NCBI GenBank assembly: GCA_012295275.1
Contig: CM022673.1
Coordinates: forward strand, 29,698,001 to 29,762,000
Length of the DNA: 64,000 bases
Reading direction: 5' to 3'
Origin: Chrysomallon squamiferum
Lineage: Eukaryota; Animalia; Mollusca
A program made the translations under genes and the position numbers. Positions 38,101 through 50,100 of the stretch are shown in pieces. The notes under the pieces are model-generated. The model was given only the letters and a program-made list of their open reading frames with translations, ran no database searches and was not told the origin of the DNA. Every line of letters starts with the position of its first letter. The first letter of the stretch is position 1.

Positions 38101-41100
38101 ATTGTATGTGTGTATGTTACATTGTGTATGTATCTCAGAGTATGATGGGTATATGTGTACCTAAGATTACTCAATACTCTAGCTGACTTATTCTAAGATC
38201 ATTTTTGTTGTTCCCACTATATTAAGAATCTAACATGTTTATAAATTAAATTTTATGTTGATATTAAAACAATATCATTTCAGTCTGTAATAACAAATGG
38301 TGCTGTACATATTCAGCCATTTGATATCAAGCCCTCATCCTTTGAACTGGTAAAAGGTCAGACTGGAGTCATTGAGGTGCTTTTCAAGCCGTTTGGAGAG
38401 AAAGAATACACACAGGATCTTGTTCTTGTTTGTGATAATTGCCAAGTCAAACATTTTTCACTGAAAGGTTGGTTTCATTACTTTTACAAATATTTTATGA
38501 TATATAACGAGTTACGGTGATTATTAATTCTTTTTTTCAATTTCAATAAGTTTCATAGATTCTGTGTCTGTAAAGGTATGCTCTATATTTGAGTTTACAT
38601 AACAGATTTTTTTAAATATATAATTTAGGTTATTTCTCATTCAAATCAGTGACACCATGAATTATATAAAAGCTTAAAAATTATATACTATTAAAGTTTC
38701 TGAAATAACATTTCACTCATTAAAAAATTGAATTTATTAATCCTATTTGGGGATTAAAACCATTGGATGTTTCTATTTTGCATTTTTCTTCCATGGTATT
38801 TGTGCTGTTGTTGTAATGTTTATTTTTCCAAAAATATTTACTAGTTTAAAAAGAAAATAATGATAATAAAAAAATTAAATTAAATTTCCCTAAATAGGTA
38901 AGGGTGAGACTGCCAAAGTAGAACTTTCCTCGGTGGAACGTGGGCTTTCATCTCACAATATTGGAGAACTCCATGACAGAACTGCTGAGAACTTCATTAG
39001 ATTTGATGAACTCAATCCTTTCACATACACAGACAGAAGCATCGTGGTCAAAAACTGCACGTAAGTATTCCAGTGTCTGTTTGTGTGTATTCAGTCATAA
39101 TTTGAAAAGCAAATTTTTCCATGAGGGTTTTAATAATTTAAATATACAGACAAGCATTCTTTCTTTATGTTTAAAAGAATTCAAAATATAATTTAAGTTT
39201 TGCAGTTTATAAATCTTATTTATGTTTTAAAAACAGTGATCTTGATTATCTGCATTATACATCAAAATTTGAAAAACAAAATAGGCAGCAATTATATATT
39301 TTACATTTCTTTTTTTGTATATAAACTCTAGAAAATTAATTAAATAGTAACATTAAGTCCTATTTCATAAACAGAAATGTAGAGCTGCCATTTCAGTGGA
39401 TGGTGTACAAACCACAGATGCAGCCACCTGATGATCAGGGCAGAGACAGATGTGAAGATCGCATCCCAGATCTCGAAACAGTGTTCAGTGTGCATCCTCC
39501 AAACGGCATTCTTAGTCCAAATGCAAGCATGGACTTCAAAGCAACATTTGCACCTCCAGTGGTAATTGCTGTTACTTATTAATTTAAATTAGCTTCTAAT
39601 GATTTTACAAAATAAAATGTTATTTTTATTTTAATTTTTAATTTTTAATTTTTTTAAATTTTAAATTTGTTTTTTTTTAAACTCAGATTATAAATGTTTT
39701 TGTTCATTTTAAATGATTCAACTTTTTGCTCATTCCAACCAACCATTAAGCTAGCTGCATTTAATAGTTTGTGTCGTAACCTGGTTAAAAAAGGTAACAA
39801 TCAGTACCTCTAGGTTCTATTCCAAACAGTTCTTTTTCCCATTCCAGCCAATGATTATTTGCATCCTTTTCTGTTCCAACCAGAGCCTGTTTATCAGAAG
39901 ACATTGATATGTACAAGAAATGCTTATATGAATGCGATTTCATTATGCTGATATTAATTCATTTATTTATTTTTAATTTTAAACATTATTTTTTGCCTCT
40001 GCAGCTGGGGGAGTTCCACAATGTCATTCACATGATGTTACAGAATATTCCTCACATCCGAGAGAGCATCAGCTCCACAAAGTCAGACGGTCAATATTCA
40101 GTGACCTCAGAGCGAAGGTCATCTCTGGGCTCGGAAAGTCGGTCATCCCATCTGTCTGAGCGCCGCTCATCTCTTGTTTCTGAACGTCGACCTTCACTTT
40201 CATCAGACGAAGATGGAAGCTCAGAAATGATTTCAACAAATGATGGTTAGTAAATTCTGTTTAATGATTTTTAACAGGTAGTTTTTTGTGTCAGTAAATT
40301 GAAAAATACAGAATGCAAAACAAAGCAAAACATAAATAATAAGAGTTTTTTTTTTTATTAATGTTTCATCTATCTAAATATCTATCTTTTTTTGTAATAA
40401 GTGACATTTAATTCATTATATTGAAATCTACTTTACTTTCATTCCTTTTTTTAAATTTAATTTTATAAAAATATTTCAACAGTTAACTGTTTTTTTATTT
40501 ATATTTTATAGTTGTACAATACAGAGATGTGACAGGTCTTGAAATTGAAGTGAAAGGTACTGCAGTTCCTCCAAATATCATTCTGCATCCATATGCCATC
40601 TATGTGCCAGGAACAAACCTTGTGGGCACCACCATAAAGAAACTGTTTACTGTAAGAACTTGTTTTTCTCAAGCTTTCTGATTCAATTACAAAAACATTA
40701 AAAAAATGTTTTACATTGGGATTATTATGTTACAGATATTGTCTTTTGAGTTTTAAAAACAATCTAGTTGTGTCAAAAACCCATTCAAAACCCATTTAAA
40801 AAGATGATATTAAAATGAGATACCTGATTTATTTATTCTTTGTGCAGTAAAAATGAGATTTCAGTCACTGCAAGTTGAATGATATTTTCCAGATGGCCAA
40901 TCACAGTTTCTCGGTGATAACCTTCCAGTGGGAACCTCACAACGAAAGACACATCATTGAAGTTGAACCTCCAAGTGGAGAACTTGGTAACATATTTAAT
41001 ATTATAAAGTTATTTTTGTCATTCATAATATTAGTATTAAAACAGATAGTTTACATAGGATTTAGTAACATAAGTAATATTATTCTTTTACTTACAATTT

Positions 41101-44100
41101 TCCACTTTGTTTTAAAATATTATTATTACAAAAGTCAACTTACTCATTCTATTTTCCTTCATATTTTTGAATTTGATTAAATGACAACATATTTTGAGGA
41201 TTTACATACATTTTGTCTGTCTGCCATTCTGTCTGGCTGTCTGTCATTATAATATTCTTGACTATCAAGCTTATCTTTTTTTCTCAGAGTTTATCTCTTA
41301 ATAAATCTTTCTGTATCTGTCTGTCACTCAGTCTGTTTCTCTGTTTTATTTTACTTACTCATTTACTTAACAACTTACCTACTTATTTATTTTCTTAATT
41401 ACTTACTTGCCTTTCTCACTTTTTTATTTACTAACCTATTAACTTACTTAGCTATATAATTCTCTTTTAATTTATTTTCTTGTTTATTTATGTGTTTAGA
41501 TCCTGGAATGGCTCTGGATTTGGAACTGGGCATGACTGGTGTTGAACCAGGAAAGATCAGCACAACTCTGTATTGTCACATAATGAATATGAATGAACCT
41601 CTGGCACTCCATGTTGAGTTTGAAGTTAAGGTAACAATTCACTCTATCAAGAAAATTAATATGAATTTACTAACTTTCATCTTGAAAAAGAAAAGAAACA
41701 TGAAAAAACAAACTGTTCATTGTGCTGAATTTGCAACAACAATAATAATAATAAAAAGATAAAAATAGAGAGGTAATAAAAGAAAAAGCTCTGGTTTTTG
41801 GATGTGTGATCTTTTTTTTTTTATTGACAGGGTCCGGAGATAAGTATTGTGGAACCAGACATAAATTTTGGTTTAGTCCGGTTGGGCCAAACTGTGACAA
41901 AAGAGATTACTTTGATTAACCAGTCCCAAGTAATATCCACATGGAACATCTCAAACTGCCCAGTACACATTGAAGATTTAACTGAAGATCCATTGGTAAG
42001 GGAAAAATAAAAACAAAAGCTTGTTGATAATTCTGTAAGATGTGTTATAAAGTAAAACAGAAAGAAAAGAAAATATTTAAATTTTATAGAATATAGAAAA
42101 ACATGTCTGAGCTGCTGTAGTTTGTATTAATTCTTTGTGTTTTCCTATTCCAACCTACAATAAATTGAAAATACTAATTTGTGTATGTTTTAATTAAATA
42201 TAGTTTTGACATTCTGGTATATAAAATAACTCACAAGACTGTTTTCTATGCAAAGGCTGTCAGTGAGTTTAACTTCAGTCCAAGCTTTGGAGAACTAAAA
42301 CCACTGGAAAGGAAAGTTGTCATTATTTCATTCCACCCTCATTCCTCAAAGAGTGTCAAGAGAATATTTGAAATTCATGCTGAGAAAGGAAACAAATGGT
42401 AATCAGTTTAAAAGTTTGTAGTTTAAAAAAAAACGTGATGTTTAGTTTACAGTGTCACAATCTTCTCCACATCCTCCTTTCTCTGACTGTTCACTTCCTC
42501 TTCAGTTTATCTTCTTTTTAAAACCTTTTTCAGTGATCATTTCTTTTTCTTCATCAAACTATTCCATTTTTGTTATTAATCCTATTCTTCTTTCATCATC
42601 ATCATTTTGTATTTTTCTTAATTTATTCTCTTCCTTTTCATATTAAGTTCTTAGTCCTCATTTGTTTTTTCACTTCATCATCTACATTTGGGTTTCAGTT
42701 AGTTCTCTGTACTTTTACCTTTATTTCATCTTCATTCGTTATCTAGTTTTGTTAGCATACTTGTTCAGATAATATATAATTATTGCATTTGTGAGTTTGA
42801 GCAAACTATTTATCAGTCTGTCAGTGTAGATTATAATCATTTCAAAGACACAATCTTAACACTATAACAGAATTTAGATAAGTGGATATCATGTTAATAA
42901 TTTTTTTTTTTTTAATTCTCATATTTTTAAATACAAAAATAATAGATAATTTTAATTTATTATTCTGTATTTGTGAAGCTGTATTGACTGCTATGCTGAA
43001 GTCCAGTCGCCCACTGTCTGCCTCATGGAGTGTACACTGAATCCAATAGACGTGTATGTTGGTGTTCCACACAGTGTTGATGTCGTCCTGTACAACCAGG
43101 GCTTGCTTCCAACACAGTTTCAGTGGGGAAAGGTGAGACAAGAATAACATTTTGAAATCACTAATAAGAAAATATACAAATACTTCATATTATCTTTTTT
43201 AAAGCAGTCCCTTTATTTTAACTAAATCTTTCTTAAACAGATTCTCAAGATTAATAATGTTTAGGAGAAAAATATACATTTTCTGTTTTTCAGTTGTAAC
43301 AAAGCAAGAAAAAGTTCCACTTTCACTGCAAGAGATTTCTTTAAATTTCCTTTTCAGTGTCTTGCATAAGTGGTTTCTTTTTATTGTGCTTTTATATTTG
43401 AAAAAGTTGTAAAGGTATTTCTGACTGTGCCAGACATGATGTGGAGTGAGTTACATGTTCTTTCATGTGATAAATTGTCTTCTTTCAGTTTTATGTTCAT
43501 AATTTCCAGCTAACTTTTAAAAGTATATTATATCAAAATGTTTTGATAATTTGAATTTAAATTTTTTTTAAAGTTTCACTTTAACAGTATCTCATACACT
43601 ACATATATTTGGCTATATAATTGTAAATTAAAAATATGATGAATGCTTCATTAAATAAAACTTTCAATCTTGTAATTACGTTCATCTGGCATTGTAGGCT
43701 GAAGGCATCCATGCAGTTGATTGTTCAATTAAAATGGACCAGGAATATGGACTGCTTGGACCAAGAGAGAAAAAAGTCATTAAACTGACTTTTTGTGCAA
43801 CAAGAGAAGTAAAAACAAATTGTTAAAATCTTTTTAATAATTTTTTTTTAAATTATTTAATTTGTTTAATTGTGTACTTACAACCATTAATGTATTTGTA
43901 ACACCAAACTTTTAAAAATGTTCATTTTTCTTTAATATTTTATAATTTCTTTTTTTTTTCTTTTTTTACTTTCTACATTTTCTGATTCCATCCAATAATA
44001 ATAATAGTTCTTTGATGTATTTTGACAACAATTATTAGTTTGTTATTTAGTTTGATAGCCAAGATATATTTATAATTAATATTTTCCTGGTGTTCTTCCT

Positions 44101-47100
44101 TCCATCTAAAATATTTAATGTGATATTTTTGATGCAGAATTCAAAATTTTGTTGTTCTATCTTAATATAATTTGTTCAGTAATCTGTAGTGATAGATAAA
44201 GTTTATATATTTAAATGGAAATAATTCCAAATACTGTTTTGTGTATTAATTGTTAATAAATCTGTAATATTTAAGTAAAATTATTTGATTCTATCATGTC
44301 TATAAATACTGATTCCAGAGACTCATCTAGGGTACTAGCACTTTAATTTCCTGTATAAATGAAAACAGAAATTTAAAAATTAAAATATATGATTCTGTAA
44401 TTTCTGAAAGTAGTACATTTTTTAAACTCCTACCAGTTAAGATAATTAAATTCAAACTGATTGAGATGTATGCATGTGTCTAGATTTGTTTCTATGTTTC
44501 TCAGGGTCATTTCTCAGAAGTGCAGATGCCTTGTACAATTGAAGGAATGCACTACCCACTGTTTTTGAGTCTGTCGTGTTATGTTAAGGGTCTGTCAGTC
44601 TCTCTGAAGGTTTCAGTTGATGGCACTGAAGACTGGTAAGCAGGAGTGAATATTTTCTGATTTATATGGCTTTTCAATCAGCTTGTTGTTATAATGTGCT
44701 TCCATTTTTATAGTTTGCAATACATTTTTGCTTTGTATTCATAATTTTGTACTAAACTGTCTTGTAAAATATTTCTTTGTAAATTTACTGCATTTCTATT
44801 TGTAATGATATAATTTCTGTATCCATATTTTGAAATTATTTTTTTTAACTATTTTGTTATTTTTAAGTTCATATATGGGCAACATGTTGGTTTTTTTAAA
44901 ATATTACTTTATTATTTGTTGTTTAAATCTGGTTCAACACATTTTATTTTTTGGCCATCTGATATTTAAATAATTTATTTTTGTAAAATAATAATTTAAA
45001 AAATAACTTGAGCAGTGTTTTTTCTTGTTTTTCTTTTTTTGTTTTGTAATATATTTTTTTTAATTTTTAGTTTAAATAAAAACATTCTTCTTATTATCCT
45101 TTATAGTGATGACTTGCATGTTGATTTTGGCAATAATGTTCCTTTGGGTTCAACCCCAAAGAGGTTCATCCATATCAAGAATCAGTCAGCCATTTTGGCT
45201 CCCTTCACCATAGAAATGGAATATTTCACAGCAAGACTGCCAACACCTCCAGAACAACAAAAAACTGATAATAGCCCAAGGTCAGAAGAAACTAAGTATG
45301 AATAAAAATCTATAATAGTAATAACAACAACAAAAATAAGGTATAATAATAAAATAATTATGAAAACAATATTAAATATGATTAGGATTAGGATGAAAAA
45401 TAAGTCTATGGAATCCATCATATGTACACATTATTACATACATTAGCACCCAGATAAAATTATTTAAATTTGCTTAGTTTTACAGGCATATTTAATTTAT
45501 TGAAAAATAATCCTTATAAAAATACATATTTATTCTGTTTGTTTTTCTTTAGTAGAAAAAGAATTCTTGATCGTACTCCAAATATAGCTGATCCTCAAAG
45601 CAAAACTTCCAGTAGAGCCCAGGCAGGTATGTGTGAGGGAGAAGAGATAAATCAATTTTATATATACAATTAACAGAGTGTATCATGAAAATAATTTATA
45701 CCAAATCTGCTTTAAAATACAAGGACAGAATTACGAAAATTTATTATTTTAAAAATGAAATATAAAATACTTTTGTCTTGTATTAGAAATATCAGATAAA
45801 ATTTGTACTTTCTGTGTCTAGTAAGAAATAAGTTGTGCAGTAGCATTAGAAATTTAGATTTTTATACTGTTTTCTTATATATTATATTGCCTTTAAATCA
45901 TAAATGCATAATTTGTACCTGGAGTATTTTATTTATTACAGATATAAATTACATTTTCAAACCTTTTTTTTTTTTAAATAATAAAAAATTCAGATGTTAT
46001 TTTTCTCCTTTAATTACATTTTTACAATAGATCTTCAAAAGGCCATGCTGATACAAGGGCGTGGAGCAGCTTTTCTCACCACACCCCCTTCTGGCTACCT
46101 GGAACCATTTACAGAACAAGTGATTGAAGTTACAGCTTTCTCTGACATGTGGGGGGAATACAGAGACAATGCGGTTATTAAGGTAATTTTCATGCTTTTT
46201 CTAATAATAAAAATACACAGTGTTATTATTAATATAATATTCGTGTCTTTTGCAGTGATAAAAATACACAATGTTATATTATTAAAGTAATATTAGCATT
46301 TGTTCTAGGATGAAAATACACAATGTTGTTATCAATATGACAGTCACACTGTTCATGCTGGTGAAAATACACAATTCTATTACCAATGTAATGTTTACCT
46401 TTCACTAACGTTGAAAAAAGGAGGAAAAGACACAATGTTATTACCAAAAAAATATTGACACCTTTGTTTTGTGACGAAAATATGCAAAGTTATTACCAAG
46501 TAATAATTAAACTTGTTCTAGTTTTATAAAGATGACATATTTTATGTCAGTATCAACATAATTTTCATAATCTGTTCTTGTGAAAGTATTAGAAATTTTA
46601 TTTAATTTTTCAAGAATAAACAGAGAAAGAAGTTTTCTCGTTTTTATCTAGGTACATTCAGAGACATAATATTTTATATCATTTTCAGGTGGGGCATTTG
46701 GATGAGATATCAGTGCCTGTATCAATGGCTGTATTTGGGTGTCCACTGAAATTCCAGATGTTTGCTGCCAAACCTGAACTACAGCCAATAGTTCGGTTAG
46801 TAAACCTAACATTCTGAAAGTTACTGTATTTGTCAGTCTCTGGTTCCAGTGACTTGAACAGGTTAAACATCAGGTCAGTAATGATGACACCACTGATGAT
46901 CAAATGTTAATGAAAGTACTGAGATGCTAATAGGTCAAAGCTGTCTATGATGTTATGGAGCATATTTTACAAATGTCGTAATATTTAACTTAAGATAAGT
47001 ATTCATGTAAAAAAAATGTTCATACCTGAACATATGAACAAAAACACTGAAATGCACACATACAAACTTATATGTATACAAATTCATAAAATATTCCAGT

Positions 47101-50100
47101 ACATAAAATTACATTTTGATATGTTGGGTTTTGAACATATATTTCATTATACTCAAACTGGGTTTTTTTCAAAGTTAATTTGATAAACAGTGTTAAAAAT
47201 GTGTTTATGTGTTACAGATATGGCACACATGTGGCTGGAGTTCCCCCAGTGAGAAGAAAAGTGAGAGTCAACAATATCAGTCCCTATGGTAATATTTATA
47301 TATGAATCATTTAGAATGGGAAATTTAATGCAATATTATTTAAACTGAGATTATTTTAAAATGTACCTTGGTAATATACACAAATTAGCTAAATCAATTT
47401 TGTATACATATGAGTGATTGTTCTGATTAACCAATCTCTGCTAATAACAAAAGCATTACCATGAAATATTATCTTTTTTCTCAAGTCTTTTTCTACTCAG
47501 AAATTTAAAGCAAAATGTGAAATGCTGAATTAATCATTACAGTTATTTCATGTTGAAGATGAAAATAAAGAGAGCACTTGATTATGTATTTAAAATAACT
47601 GGGGTTTTTTAAATTAATATTTTCAGACATTCGTCTTGACTGGGTGATGTTCAACATTGACTGCAGTGATAACAAATTACTGGATCTAAATATCTGCTAT
47701 GGCCGGCCATTCCCACTGAAAGATGAAAAGGGCAATATAGTTGTAGTGGAACCTGGAGATGGTAAACCAGAATCTTTTCTTTATTTTTCTATTGTCCATC
47801 CATCCATCCTTTTGTCATAATATTTCTCTGAACATCTATTATCCTAAAGATCACAGTTGCATAAAAGAAAAATGATGACAAAGATGTTAGACTGTTGTAC
47901 ACTTTTTGGCAAGAAAGATAATAGATGACATTAGAAGAACATGGATACTGACTAGTAAACATAATGGAGACAGTCTACAGATTTTATAAACAGAAAGATA
48001 GACAGACATATCTGTTAGAACAGTATTTGCTAGCCTTTGTTCATGTATCACCCACTTCCAAACACTGTAAAGTTGGAACATATATTAAATTTAAATGATA
48101 TTTATAATAAGTTTAATTAATTATAATTATAGTTTAATGGTTAAAGTTTTAACTGTTTTTCACAAGACATAAGTTATAAATGTAAGGTCAAATGCTGACC
48201 CATCACACAAGTGATTGCTGAATTAGACAAACAAAGGGACAGCATGAACAACAGATGACAAAAAGACAAAATAGACAGATATACAAACAATGACAGAGAT
48301 ACTTACTAACTTAGGTGTTTGGGGATTCTTTGTTTAAAGGGGGACAAATTGGTTGAACTGCCTGAATTTTGATACATACTTGGTTTGCTAAGCCTTTCCT
48401 CATTGTTTTGCTCTATTTTCAGACCAGTTGTCCTCTCTTGATCCCTGATCATATGGCCATGTCTGCTAACAAACAAATAGATATTTGTAACAAAACAAAG
48501 CTATATATATATATATACATTTCAATTTTCTTTCTTTTTATTCCACAGAACCTAAACCTGTAGTCTGTGTTTCATCGGATCACATTCCAAATTCTGATGA
48601 CACAAGTCCTGAAGCCAGCCGCAGTGACCAGACAAATGGAAATCAGAATCTCACTGAAGAAGAAAAACGTAGCAAACCAAAGAGACTTATAACACTGTAC
48701 CTTCGACAGCATCTTGGTGTCAAATCCACAACACCATACAGCATTGAACCAGAGCAGCTGGTTAGTAATCAAGTTAGGACAGGGATTTTTTTTTCAAGAT
48801 TAACATGTCATTCAGGCTTTTTTAAATTTATTATAAGGTCAAGGTCAGTATTTAATCGTTGTTCTTCTTTATTAAGTGAAGGTGGGGAATATTTTTTTTA
48901 TCTAGGTTAAAGGTCGGAATTTTGTGATCAGATTGGGACATTTTTTTTATTTTTGTTATATTTAAAGTTTGGATTTTTTTTTATTTAAGTTCAATTTTTA
49001 AAAATTAGGTAGGTTGTTTTTGTTTTCTTTTTGATGGTAAAGGTCAATGTTTCTTTTTCAACTTGGGACTAGTAAGGTTAAAACAAATATGTTGTTACAA
49101 AACTAATGGATGAGAATCACTGACCTGGACATTTTTTGTTTTCTTTTATTTCAGATTATTGGAGCTCGCAGTCATGCTATTGTTAATGTCATACTTACAC
49201 CATTCCCAGCCTCAGATGTCAGCCAGGAGATTGACTGTCTAGCTTATGCTCTAGGATATATGAGTATTGATGGAGTGGTACGTTTTCATTGCTGACACAA
49301 TTTTGTTTTTTTCTTTTTATCAACATTATCTATTCATTAATGAATATATAAAAAAATTAATGATTATTAAAGAAACAGATATAATCCATAAAAAAAAATT
49401 TCATGAAATATTATCCTTTTTTTTTTGTTTTTATTTTATAACAATAACAACAACAATAATAATAAAAATAAATGTAAAGAAAACAGAAAACTATTTTAGA
49501 CACTATTTAATTAAAAGAATTAAGAATGAAATGGTTAATTAATCATGAAATAGTTCAGTGTGATGTATTTGTTTATGTAATATTTAATAATGTTACCAGG
49601 CTGAAGAAATTCCTGGGAAAGTAGTAAGAAAAGAAGCATTTGAAACTCAAACTTTGAGACTGGAAATGACTTCACATCTGAAACCTGCTCTGTAAGTAGT
49701 TTAGTGTGTATCTGACATATCAAGTAACAGATCCATTTTGAGGTACCTGTGTTAATATAAACTCAATTTTATTCACAAAAGTATTTTTGCACTGACAAAT
49801 AAAAGCCTACTCAAGTAGCTAGATTTGTTCAAATGTTTAGGAAAAAGAAAAACTAAGATAAATTGCAGTTCAGCTTAGGTATTTTCAGTTTAAATTTCAC
49901 ATTGCTGAATAACTCATAATTACTTTTTTTTTTTTTTTTTCACTTATTCATTTAGACCTGGGCAGTATAGAAAATAAATTGGAAAAATAAAACAACATTG
50001 ACCCGTTCTGTATTATATGAATTATAATTTTTGCTTTTAAAAATATTTTATTGTTTTTCTGTTACCTTTATTCCAGATTAATCATAGAACATGCTGAGGA

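Noticed and set aside
46159-46508. CRISPR-like array
   Set aside because: The context is eukaryotic, the units are degenerate and homologous along their length, and there are no cas genes.
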